Assembly (NCBI GenBank): GCA_965237415.1
Contig: CBDEFM010000002.1
Coordinates: 2,656,001 to 2,720,000, forward strand
Source of the DNA: Alphaproteobacteria bacterium
GTDB lineage: Bacteria > Pseudomonadota > Alphaproteobacteria > UBA828
Reading direction: 5' to 3'
Length of the DNA: 64,000 nucleotides
Position 1 is the stretch's first letter; every line of letters begins with the position of its first letter. The notes beneath the pieces were generated by a model. The model saw nothing but the letters and a program-made list of their open reading frames with translations. It was not told where the DNA came from and searched no databases. Shown piece by piece: positions 1 through 8,583 of this stretch. Made by a program: the position numbers and the translations under genes.

Positions 1-824
1 ATCAGTGTCTCGCTATGCTCGGAGACGAAGGCGACCGGTACCACCACGACTGGCACGCGGTCGTGGCCAGCCCGCTCGATTTCCTCGGCGATAGAGGGTT
101 CCAGCCAGGCCAGCGGCCCCACCTTGCTCTGATAGCAAACTCTCCAGGCTAGCCCCTCCCGCCCCAAACGCGCAACGATCCCCCGCGCGGTCTCCTCCAC
201 CTGCCACTGATAGGGATCGCCGCGGGCGACTACGCGTTTGGGCAGGCCGTGGGCGGAGAATAGCAAGCGCGGCTCACCGGCCTCTGCTGCGGCCGCCAAC
301 AGCGGCTCGATCAGCGCCGCGTGGGCCGCCACCAAGCCTTCCGCCCGCGGGTAGCAGCAGACGGCATGCGTCGGTGCGGCAATTCCCACAGCCCCTGCCG
401 CCGACCGCCAGGCAGCAAGAGACGATGCCGTGGTCGTGGTCGAGAACTGGGGGTAGAGAGGCAACAGTACGATCCGATCCGGCCGGAAGGCGGCAATCTT
501 ACGTGCCGCCGCCTCGCTCATCGGGTGCCAGTAGCGCATGGCGACGACGACCTCGACCTCGCCGAGATCCTCCAACGTGCGACCAAGCGCAGCCGCCTGC
601 GCCTCGGTCTCGCCAAGCAGCGGCGAGCGCCCCCCGATCGTGCGATAGATGTCCCGTGCTCCCGGGCCGCGCCGGCGCGCGATCAGGCGAGCAATCAAAT
701 GGCGCACGAGTGTCGGCGCACGAATGATCGCCGGATCCCGGAACAGATTACGCAGAAAGGGTTCGACGGCATCGAGCGAGTCCGGCCCGCCCAGGTTGAA
801 CAGAACCACGGCAATGCGGCTCAT
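1..824 (-). CDS. hemH: Ferrochelatase, 5' part (runs off the left edge; missing from the ORF track)
   Basis: Manual translation from ATG at 824: MSRIAVVLFNLGGPDSLDAVEPFLRNLFRDP...GGRSPL...AMRYWHP...LPLYPQFSTTT...PVAFVSEHSETL, all ferrochelatase motifs; overlaps the hemE stop (ATGA). Confidence 0.95.
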   Translation of the reverse strand, partial: MSRIAVVLFNLGGPDSLDAVEPFLRNLFRDPAIIRAPTLVRHLIARLIARRRGPGARDIYRTIGGRSPLLGETEAQAAALGRTLEDLGEVEVVVAMRYWHPMSEAAARKIAAFRPDRIVLLPLYPQFSTTTTASSLAAWRSAAGAVGIAAPTHAVCCYPRAEGLVAAHAALIEPLLAAAAEAGEPRLLFSAHGLPKRVVARGDPYQWQVEETARGIVARLGREGLAWRVCYQSKVGPLAWLEPSIAEEIERAGHDRVPVVVVPVAFVSEHSETL

Positions 825-1873
825 TGTCCGTTCCCGTCAGGCCACCCACGCACAAGTTCCGAGAGCGCGGCGACGTGCTCAGGTGGGGTCTGAGGCACCA
901 CGCCCTCGCCGACGTTGAACACGAAGGGTCCGTGCCCGAGCGCATCCAGAATAACGCTGGCGGCACGGCGCAGCGCAGCGCCGCCCGCGACCAAAGCCGC
1001 GGGATCGAGGTTGCCCTGTACCGTGCATCGCGGTTGTAATTTCGCTGCGGCCCAGGCGGGCGCCACGGTGCTGTCGATGGAGACCGCATCCACGCCGGTC
1101 TCCGCCGCGAAGCGCTGGTAGGCGATACCAGCGCCGCGCGGATAGCCGATCACCGGGGCCGCCGGGTGCACCGCCTTCACGGCGGCCATGATCTTCGCCA
1201 CAGGCCCGGTACACCAACGCTGAAACTCACTCTCAGGCAACGCCCCAGCCCAGCTATCGAAGATCTGAACCGCGTCGGCGCCTGCGTCGAGCTGGGCGAT
1301 CAGGTGTGCAGCGACCGCCTCCTGCACTGTGTCGATCAGCCGTGCGAAGCTCTCAGGATCGCGATAGGCCCAGCCCTTCACGACCATGAAGTCTCTGCTC
1401 CTGCCGCCCCCGATCATGTACGTTGCGAGCGTCCACGGCGCTCCCGCAAAACCCAGAACCGTCGTCCCGGCCGGTGCAGCCGCAACGACCCGCTCCATGG
1501 CCTCGTAGACGGGCGCGAGATGCTGTCGCTGACGTCCCTCATCAAAGATCGGGAGGGAGTCTCCCTCCCGTATGGGCTCCAGGCACGGACCCTCGCCCTC
1601 CTGGAACCAGAGCTTCACTCCGAGCGCTTCCGCCACCACCAGAATGTCCGAAAAGAGAATCACACCGTCGAGGTCGAATCGCTTTAATGGCTGAATGCTT
1701 GCCTCCGCTGCCAACGCCGGGTCGTAGCAGAGGTCGAGGAAGGATCCGACCCTGGCCCGCAGCGCGCGATATTCCGGCAGATAGCGACCCGCCTGGCGCA
1801 TGAGCCAGAGCGGCGGCGGGTGCCGCACCTCACCCCGAAGAGCGGCGAGAAGCGGCTTGGTGCGTGCGTCCAT
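821..1873 (-). CDS. hemE: Uroporphyrinogen decarboxylase
   Basis: PLWLMRQAGRYLPEYR signature, FSDIL, GFAGAPWTLATY, QIFDSW, QGNLDP; alternative GTG start at 1879. Confidence 0.97.
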   Translation of the reverse strand: MDARTKPLLAALRGEVRHPPPLWLMRQAGRYLPEYRALRARVGSFLDLCYDPALAAEASIQPLKRFDLDGVILFSDILVVAEALGVKLWFQEGEGPCLEPIREGDSLPIFDEGRQRQHLAPVYEAMERVVAAAPAGTTVLGFAGAPWTLATYMIGGGRSRDFMVVKGWAYRDPESFARLIDTVQEAVAAHLIAQLDAGADAVQIFDSWAGALPESEFQRWCTGPVAKIMAAVKAVHPAAPVIGYPRGAGIAYQRFAAETGVDAVSIDSTVAPAWAAAKLQPRCTVQGNLDPAALVAGGAALRRAASVILDALGHGPFVFNVGEGVVPQTPPEHVAALSELVRGWPDGNGQ

Positions 1874-1879
1874 GATCAC

Positions 1880-2292
1880 GAATCGGCCTTTGTCCCCGGT
1901 TTTGGCAGACTATCTTCATTAAATGAATTTATAGAAGGATAGTTGATGTTGTAGGCAGGAAAGAGGGGATTGTCCCGTTCATCCCAGAGGGGGGGCTGGT
2001 GACGGATCAGGCCGGATGGGCGCGGCGGCAGTGGTGGAAAAGCGGCCAATAGCTGCCATTGCATGGGCTCCCAGCGTGGCTGAGAAAGCGGGAACAACGT
2101 GGAACGATGTGGAGTATGGTGGTGCTTTCACCGATATCCCCACTATGCCGAGCCTGCGGATTGGTTGATCCAGCAAGCTGGGGACAAGCTGCAAGGAGGC
2201 GGCAGTGGCTGCGTTGCTCACCGAATTTTCCATAGTTGAGCGTTGAGAGCACACGCTGCGAGAACTGCGTGACCGGGAACCCGAGCGAACCC
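1880..2292. other. Probable chromosomal replication origin (oriC)
   Basis: Divergent gap between hemE and the PPDK-regulator/maf/aroE/coaE/dnaQ operon (the known origin position in Caulobacter and rhizobia); AT-rich patch ~1911-1950; degenerate DnaA boxes (TTGTCCCCG 1890, GGTGGAAAA 2033, TGTGGAGTA 2108, TGGGGACAA 2179, TTTTCCATA 2226); GANTC at 1880. Confidence 0.7.
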
Positions 2293-3099
2293 ATGCGGCG
2301 CTTCCACCTGCACTTGGTCTCCGACGCCACCGGCGAGACCTGCATTACGATAGCGCGGGCCGCGGCGGCACAATTCCAGGGCGTGGATGCCGTCGAGCAT
2401 CTGTGGTCGCTCGTCCGCACGGAAAGCCAGCTCCGTCGCGTACTGGCCCATGTCGAGGCCGAGCCCGGGGTCGTCATGTTCACCCTGGTCGACCCGCAGC
2501 TTCGCGCCCTTCTGCATGAGGAATGTCGGCGCATCGATGTTCCCTGTATCCCCCTCCTCGACACGGTGATTGCGGCGTTGAGCGGCTTCCTCGGTATCGA
2601 GAGCCGCAATCAGCCGGGCCGCCAGCATGTCATGGATGCAGCGTATCTGAAGCGCATTGAGGCGATGAACTTCGCGCTCGGCCATGATGACGGCCGCTCG
2701 CCGGTGACGCTGGGCGAGGCGGATATCGTGCTCGTTGGCGTCTCTCGAACGTCAAAGACGCCCACCTGTTTCTACCTCGCAAACCGGGGCCTCAAGGCCG
2801 CGAACGTACCGGTGGTTCCTGCGTGCCCGTTACCGCGGGAGCTCGGGGGGTTGACGGATGCGTTGGTTGTCGGCCTCACCTGCCACCCGGAGCAACTGAT
2901 CGATGTCCGCCGCAGCCGCATGCGCATGATCGGCGACATTGGCGAGACCGGCTACGTCGATCCCCTCCAGGTCGAGGAGGAGGTGCGACAGGCGCGCCGA
3001 CTCTTCGCGGAGGCCGGGTGGCCGGTGATCGACGTGACCCGCCGCTCGATTGAGGAGACCGCCGCCGCAATCCTCCAGCTGCACGACCGCCGCGCTTAG
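2293..3099 (+). CDS. Pyruvate,phosphate dikinase/PEP synthase regulatory protein (DUF299 kinase/pyrophosphorylase)
   Basis: HLHLVSDATGET, HDDG, GVSRTSKTPT motifs; conserved synteny opposite hemE. Confidence 0.93.
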   Translation: MRRFHLHLVSDATGETCITIARAAAAQFQGVDAVEHLWSLVRTESQLRRVLAHVEAEPGVVMFTLVDPQLRALLHEECRRIDVPCIPLLDTVIAALSGFLGIESRNQPGRQHVMDAAYLKRIEAMNFALGHDDGRSPVTLGEADIVLVGVSRTSKTPTCFYLANRGLKAANVPVVPACPLPRELGGLTDALVVGLTCHPEQLIDVRRSRMRMIGDIGETGYVDPLQVEEEVRQARRLFAEAGWPVIDVTRRSIEETAAAILQLHDRRA

Positions 3100-3180
3100 G
3101 CCGCCCGAGCGGTTGGCGCGGCGCCGGAAGCGTATATTCTGCAATACGCCTGAGACCGGCGAGAGGGGAAAGGCGCATCC

Positions 3181-3822
3181 ATGGCAACGGCTGAGGCGGG
3201 TCCGGCTTCTCACGGAGAGATCGGTGACAGGCAACTCGTGCTCGCCTCTCAGGCGGCTGTGCGGGCGTCGATGCTGCAGGCAGTGGGACTCTCCTTCACG
3301 GTACAGCCGGCGCGGGTGCACGAGGGCGCGGTCAAGGACGCCATGCGGGCCGAGGATCCCGAGGGCCGGGAGACCGCGCGGGCGCTCGCGTCACTCAAGG
3401 CCCGCCGGGTCAGCGCCGGCGCGCCCGGTGCCTTCGTCATCGGCGCCGACCAACTTCTCGTCTGTGGCGATGAATGGTTCGACAAGCCGGTGGATGTGGA
3501 CGACGCGCGGGGGCAGCTGAAGCGGCTGAGGGGTCGCCGCCACACCCTGGTGACGGCCGTCTGCGTGGTCCGCGATGAGGCTGAGATCTGGAGCGATGTG
3601 GCATGTCCGCAGCTCACGATGCGACCTTTCTCCGATACCTTTCTGGAGCACTATCTGGAGCGGGCCGGCGATGGCATCCTTGCCTGCGTCGGGGGTTACG
3701 AGGCGGAGGGGCTGGGCGCGCAGCTTCTCGCGGAGATCGAGGGCGACTGGTTCGCGGTGCTGGGCCTGCCGCTGATGCCGCTTCTCGCCTTCCTCCGCGA
3801 GCACGGGCTGGTGGAAACGTGA
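3181..3822 (+). CDS. maf: Maf-family nucleoside triphosphate pyrophosphatase
   Basis: LVLASQ..R, IGADQ, DKP, GLPL motifs; synteny with aroE-coaE-dnaQ. Confidence 0.92.
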   Translation: MATAEAGPASHGEIGDRQLVLASQAAVRASMLQAVGLSFTVQPARVHEGAVKDAMRAEDPEGRETARALASLKARRVSAGAPGAFVIGADQLLVCGDEWFDKPVDVDDARGQLKRLRGRRHTLVTAVCVVRDEAEIWSDVACPQLTMRPFSDTFLEHYLERAGDGILACVGGYEAEGLGAQLLAEIEGDWFAVLGLPLMPLLAFLREHGLVET

Positions 3823-4658
3823 TCCTCTCGGGCGCGGCGCGGCTGGCAGGGGTCATGGGTTGGCCGGTCGCACACTCGCGTTCGCCGCGCATTCACGGCT
3901 ACTGGCTGGAGGAGAAGGGAATCGACGGTGCCTACCTGCCGCTTGCTGTGCGGCGCGAAGCGCTCGGTGCGGCGCTTGCGGCGCTGCCGGCTCTCGGATT
4001 TCGCGGCTGCAATCTGACCGCGCCGCACAAGGAGGCCGCGCTCGCCCACATGGCTTCACTGTCGGAGACCGCGCGCCGCATCGGCGCCGTGAACACCGTG
4101 ACGGTGGGCGAGGACGGCGCGCTCCACGGCGACAACACCGATGGCTTCGGCTTCATCGGCCACTTGCGTCAGGAGGCACCGTCGTGGGAGCCCGCTCTAC
4201 CGGTGGCGATGCTTGGCGCTGGCGGCGCAGCGCGCGCGGTCGTGGATGCACTCTCTGCCCAAGGGGTTAGGGAAATCCGCGTGGCCAACCGCTCGCCGGA
4301 GCGCGCGGGGGCGCTCGCTGCGGCGGTCGGCAACACGGTCCGCCCCGTCCCATGGGAGGACCGCGAAGCAGCGCTCGAGGACTGCGGCTTGCTCGTCAAC
4401 ACCACGACCCTCGGCCAAGTGGGTAAGCCTGCGCTCGATCTCGATCTCGGGCGGCTTCCGTCCGGGGCCGTGGTCTACGATCTGGTCTACGCGCCGCTGG
4501 AGACTGATTTGCTGAAGGCGGCAGGGGCGCGGGGCCATGTGGCGGTGGACGGGCTCGGCATGTTGATTCATCAGGCGCGGCCTGGCTTCGCTGCATGGTT
4601 CGGCGCCGTGGCCGAGGCCACGGCGGCGCTTCGCTCCTTCGCCGCAGACGGGCTCTGA
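3819..4658 (+). CDS. aroE: Shikimate dehydrogenase
   Basis: GTG start overlapping the maf stop; HSRSPRIH, NLTAPHKE, GAVNT, NTDGFGF, GAGGAARA, DGLGMLIHQA. Confidence 0.95.
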   Translation: MILSGAARLAGVMGWPVAHSRSPRIHGYWLEEKGIDGAYLPLAVRREALGAALAALPALGFRGCNLTAPHKEAALAHMASLSETARRIGAVNTVTVGEDGALHGDNTDGFGFIGHLRQEAPSWEPALPVAMLGAGGAARAVVDALSAQGVREIRVANRSPERAGALAAAVGNTVRPVPWEDREAALEDCGLLVNTTTLGQVGKPALDLDLGRLPSGAVVYDLVYAPLETDLLKAAGARGHVAVDGLGMLIHQARPGFAAWFGAVAEATAALRSFAADGL

Positions 4659-4670
4659 CGGGGGCCGGTC

Positions 4671-5339
4671 GTGGTCGTCCTCGGACTCACCGGGTCGATC
4701 GGCATGGGCAAGACGACCGTGGCTGCTGCCCTGAAGGCTTCGGGTGCCGCGGTCTACGACGCCGATGCGGCGGTTCACCGGCTGCTCGCGCCGGGCGGGG
4801 GGGCGGTGGCGCCGGTGCTCGCGCGCTTTCCCGCTGCCGCATCGGGCGAGGGCGCGTCGCGCGCGGTCGACCGAGGGGCGCTCGGCGCCCACGTCTTCGC
4901 GGACCCGGCGGCGTTGGCCGAGCTGGAGTCGATCCTGCATCCCCTTGTTCGCGCGGGCGAGCGGCGCTTCCTCGCGGCCAGCCAGCGCCAGGGCTGCCGT
5001 CTCGCGGTGCTGGACGTGCCGCTGCTCTTCGAGACCGGCGGCGAAGCCCGCTGCGATGCCACTCTGGTTGTGTCAGCCCCCGCCGTCGTGCAGCGCGCAC
5101 GGGTGCTGGGCCGGGCACGCATGACGGAGGAGCGCCTGGCCGCCATCCTCGCTCGCCAGATGCCGGATGGGGAGAAGCGGCGGCGCGCGGACTTCGTGAT
5201 CCGGACCGGGCTTGACAGGCGGGTCTCACGCCTGGCCGCGCGCAGAATCGCGGCCCGGCTCGCCGGCGCGCGCGGCACGTGCTGGCCCTCGTGTTGGGCG
5301 GGTGCGCTGAAACCTGCTCAGGGGGAAGCCCATGCGTGA
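4671..5339 (+). CDS. coaE: Dephospho-CoA kinase
   Basis: GLTGSIGMGKTT P-loop, DADAAVH, LESILHPLV, DVPLLFE. Confidence 0.95.
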   Translation: MVVLGLTGSIGMGKTTVAAALKASGAAVYDADAAVHRLLAPGGGAVAPVLARFPAAASGEGASRAVDRGALGAHVFADPAALAELESILHPLVRAGERRFLAASQRQGCRLAVLDVPLLFETGGEARCDATLVVSAPAVVQRARVLGRARMTEERLAAILARQMPDGEKRRRADFVIRTGLDRRVSRLAARRIAARLAGARGTCWPSCWAGALKPAQGEAHA

Positions 5340-6009
5340 GGTCGTGCTCGATACAGAGACGACCGGCCTGGAGCCGTCGGCGGGCCACAGGATCGTCGAA
5401 GTCGGCGCCGTCGAGCTGGTGAACCACATCCCGTCCGGCCGGCGCTTCCAGCGCTATCTCGACCCCGAGCGCGACATGCCGGAGGGCGCCGAGCGCGTGC
5501 ACGGACTAACCCGCGACTTTCTCGCAAAACATCGGCGTTTCGCCGAGGAGGCAGACGCGATCCTCGAATTCATCGGCGACGCGAAGCTCGTCATGCACAA
5601 TGCCCCCTTCGATCTCGGTTTCCTCAATGCCGAGCTGGAGCGCATCGGCAAGGCCCCTATCCCGCCGGAACGGACGGTGGACACGCTGGTCATCGCGCGG
5701 CGCAAGTATCCGGGTGCGCCGGCGAGCCTGGATGCGCTCTGCAAGCGCTTCGGCATCGACCGCTCCGCGCGCGAGAAGCACGGCGCCTTGCTGGACGCCG
5801 AGCTTCTGACCGACGTTTATCTGGAACTCACCGGCGGCCGCCAGCCGGCGCTCGGGCTGCAGCAGGCGGTGCGACCGCTCAACAACGCCGGGCGGGCGCC
5901 GCGCGCGGCCCGTGTCCGCCCGGCGCGCCCGCACGCGCCCAATGAGGCGGAGGCCGAGGCTCACGCCGCTTTCGTCGCGACCCTGAAGAACCCGATTTGG
6001 AACGCCTGA
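5332..6009 (+). CDS. dnaQ: DNA polymerase III epsilon subunit
   Basis: DTETTG, HNAPFD, HGALLDA exonuclease motifs; typical alphaproteobacterial C-terminus. Confidence 0.97.
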   Translation: MREVVLDTETTGLEPSAGHRIVEVGAVELVNHIPSGRRFQRYLDPERDMPEGAERVHGLTRDFLAKHRRFAEEADAILEFIGDAKLVMHNAPFDLGFLNAELERIGKAPIPPERTVDTLVIARRKYPGAPASLDALCKRFGIDRSAREKHGALLDAELLTDVYLELTGGRQPALGLQQAVRPLNNAGRAPRAARVRPARPHAPNEAEAEAHAAFVATLKNPIWNA

Positions 6010-6029
6010 GCGTCAGGCAGACGAGCCCG

Positions 6030-6881
6030 TCAGCCGACCCGGGCCATGACGCCGCCGTCCACCGGGAGTGCGACGCCGGTGATGAATCGGGCGGCGTCGG
6101 AGGCGAGAAAGAGCGAAGCCTGGGCGACGTCCCAGGCGCTGCCCATGCCGCCCCTGAGCGGGGTCCAGGTGTCGCGGGTGGCGGCGATCTCCTCGCGCGG
6201 GCGGCCGTAGCGGCGGGCTTGCGTGTCCACCGCCATGGGCGTGTCCATGTAGCCCGGCAGGATGGCGTTCACGCGCACGCCGTCGGGCGCGCAGTCTAGC
6301 GCGAGCTGGCGGGAGAAGGCGATCATCCCTGCCTTGCTCGTCTTGTAGGTCACGGACTTGTAGTCGACCACCGCCGCGATCGACGAGATATTGGTGATCA
6401 CGCCGCTACCCTGGCTTTGCATGACTGGGACGACGTGCTTGCAGGCCATCACCGTGCCGCGCAGGTTGATCGCCATCACCCGGTCGAAGCTCGCCTCGTC
6501 GAGGTCCGCGAGCGGCGAATCCCCGCCCGTATAGGCGACGCCCACGTTGTTCTGCAGCACGTCGATGCGCCCGTGGCGCTCCACGATGGCCTGGACGACC
6601 GCGATCAGTGCCGCCTCCTCGGTCACGTCGGCGACCAGTGCCTCGGCGCTGCCGCCGTCGGCCTCGATCATGGTGGCAGTTTCCTCGGCCGATGCGCGGT
6701 CCCGGTCGAGCGCAATAACGTGCGCGCCGGCGCGGGCGAAGAGCATGCACGTGGCTCGGCCGTTGCCGATCACCGGCCCCGGCGTCTGGCCGGCGCCGGC
6801 CACGATCGCGACCCGGCCGTCGAGGCTCAGCGTCGGGCTTTGCCAGGGTTCCGCGCTGGCGGCGGAGGCTTCGTCGGTCAT
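6030..6881 (-). CDS. Short-chain dehydrogenase/reductase
   Basis: GAGxxxxxxIGNG, NNVG, YKTSK catalytic motif, VNAILPG, LPVDGG; ATG at 6881 preferred over the ORF-track start. Confidence 0.9.
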   Translation of the reverse strand: MTDEASAASAEPWQSPTLSLDGRVAIVAGAGQTPGPVIGNGRATCMLFARAGAHVIALDRDRASAEETATMIEADGGSAEALVADVTEEAALIAVVQAIVERHGRIDVLQNNVGVAYTGGDSPLADLDEASFDRVMAINLRGTVMACKHVVPVMQSQGSGVITNISSIAAVVDYKSVTYKTSKAGMIAFSRQLALDCAPDGVRVNAILPGYMDTPMAVDTQARRYGRPREEIAATRDTWTPLRGGMGSAWDVAQASLFLASDAARFITGVALPVDGGVMARVG

Positions 6882-7124
6882 GGCGATGTCCGGGTTCGCG
6901 GTGGAAAGAGGACCAAGAGGCTCGACAGGGGCGCGCGGCTTGTCAAGGCGGACGATACATAGCAGGGAGGGTGGGCAAAGTGGATGCCGGTCCCCTGTCA
7001 GCCCACAGCCTACGATATGTTGGGAGCTGATCATTCACGATCCCCTCCAAAGCGCCGATGCCCCAAGTTGTCTGATCTAGGCTTCCGGTTGATACTTTCT
7101 AATGATGGCTTGATCTCAACGAGC

Positions 7125-7142
7125 ATTGACTTATATGTCAAT
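7125..7142. promoter_or_regulatory. Inverted repeat ATTGAC-N6-GTCAAT overlapping the start of the cassette (candidate autorepressor operator)
   Basis: Sequence attgacttatatgtcaat, with outer arms gagc(a) 7121 and tgctc ending 7150; covers the TTG/ATG starts of 7135-7683. Confidence 0.5.
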
Positions 7143-7683
7143 AGCTGCTCAAGTACAATCGCTGGTGAACGCCAAGCGTCTACATTACGTGGAACCCCTT
7201 GACGCCAGCTTGGAGGTGAAGCGCGTCATGGTGGTGTCAGATGAAGTCCAGGAATTGCTCGATGGTCCTTGGTCCACTGGAGGTCTAGCGCGGCGCGCAA
7301 ACCGCCTTCGGGCCGACTTAGAGATGTTCGTCAGGGGACAGGTTCTGGGAATCTCGATGACACCGTACAGACACAAATCAGCGTATATGGGGCTACTGGA
7401 TCCCCCTGAGCGAGGCTTCTGGGATATCAGAAGCCGCGATCCGAAACCTGCTTTGCGAGTCTTGGGGCATTTCGCGGACGTGAACTTGTTTGTAGCATTG
7501 GTTTGGCACCCACGATCTGTCGAGGTGGATGGTAAACCGCCTTTAGGCGAAGCGCGAGGGCTGAATTGGGAGATGGCTAAACTGCAGTGTGAAGAAATGT
7601 GGAAAGGGCTATTTCCAAACCACCTACCGAAAACCAGGGAGAAGATCGGTGACCTTATCGGCGAGAACACATTTTTGGTCTGA
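7135..7683 (+). CDS. Hypothetical protein, weak RelE/HigB-like toxin resemblance
   Basis: Clean ORF in lower-GC DNA; segment GFWDIRSRDPKPALRVLGHF resembles the W-E/D-x-R...R-V/I-x-x-F strands of RelE-superfamily RNases; precedes an HTH gene. Confidence 0.55.
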   Translation: MSIAAQVQSLVNAKRLHYVEPLDASLEVKRVMVVSDEVQELLDGPWSTGGLARRANRLRADLEMFVRGQVLGISMTPYRHKSAYMGLLDPPERGFWDIRSRDPKPALRVLGHFADVNLFVALVWHPRSVEVDGKPPLGEARGLNWEMAKLQCEEMWKGLFPNHLPKTREKIGDLIGENTFLV

Positions 7684-8092
7684 GATCGAGGACCTGGATG
7701 CTCGCATACCAGCGGAAAAGCTTGAGTACCTCAGCGAGCGGTTCCGCAATGACCTATACGACTTCGTTCTGCAGAAATTTATGGAGCAAGGGGAGAAGCG
7801 CGGACTAAACCAGGCGCAACTAGCGAGAAGGCTCTCTTACGACCCCGGTCGTCTCAACAGACTGCTGGGAGCGCCCGGGAATTGGACGCTGGGCACGGTG
7901 AGCGACTTGCTCGTAGGAATTTCCGGTGAGTCCTTGGACCTTCAAGCTACCGAAGTTCGGGGAAATACCGTGCGGAATTTTAGCGTACACGATCTGCTAG
8001 ACTCCGGGTCGGGCCTCACTATCGAGAGACGCAACCCGGAGTCGGTGGTAACAGGCAGCGTGAACACGATTAGGATAGCGCACGTCCAATGA
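7649..8092 (+). CDS. XRE/Cro-type helix-turn-helix protein (antitoxin-like) with C-terminal tail
   Basis: GLNQAQLARRLSYDPGRLNRLLGAPGNWTLGTVSDL is an XRE HTH; GTG at 7649 follows AGGGAG and overlaps the upstream gene. Confidence 0.75.
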   Translation: MTLSARTHFWSEIEDLDARIPAEKLEYLSERFRNDLYDFVLQKFMEQGEKRGLNQAQLARRLSYDPGRLNRLLGAPGNWTLGTVSDLLVGISGESLDLQATEVRGNTVRNFSVHDLLDSGSGLTIERRNPESVVTGSVNTIRIAHVQ

Positions 8093-8499
8093 CTGACAAG
8101 GATGCTCTAAAGGTGAAAATCCTGTCTGTCGTCGTGTGTGACGATGTGCGGGAGGAGAACAATGGAAAGGAAATCCTAATTGGAGTGTATAGTGGTGCGA
8201 TAACTGTTCATATGATTCCAAGTTTACCCTTACCTCTGAGATGTTGGGTTAATCTAACGATTCAAGGGCCGAGCAAGGTCAAATTGTATTTTAGAGCAAG
8301 GGATCATGACAATAAGGAGATATTTCAGGCACAATTAGAAACCGGGACGGAAGACGAGATAGGTATGGGAAGTATCCCCTTAGGACCGATCATATACACA
8401 CTTAGAGATCCTGAGGGGAGCCTAAAAGTCGACTATAAGGAAGGAGAAGGCGATTGGGCCAATATCATTACAAAGAGTGTAAAATACCAAAGTAAATGA
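8089..8499 (+). CDS. Hypothetical beta-rich protein (DUF6941-like)
   Basis: N-terminal VVCDDVREENNGKEILIGVY motif recalled as typical of DUF6941; ATGA coupling to the HTH gene; visibly the most AT-rich CDS in the window. Confidence 0.6.
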   Translation: MTDKDALKVKILSVVVCDDVREENNGKEILIGVYSGAITVHMIPSLPLPLRCWVNLTIQGPSKVKLYFRARDHDNKEIFQAQLETGTEDEIGMGSIPLGPIIYTLRDPEGSLKVDYKEGEGDWANIITKSVKYQSK

Positions 8500-8583
8500 A
8501 TTTCGGAATGCCACTCGCTACCGTTTGTTGCACAAACGTCGCGTGTAGACCCTAATCCGACACCGCACCCGGAGCATTGAGCC

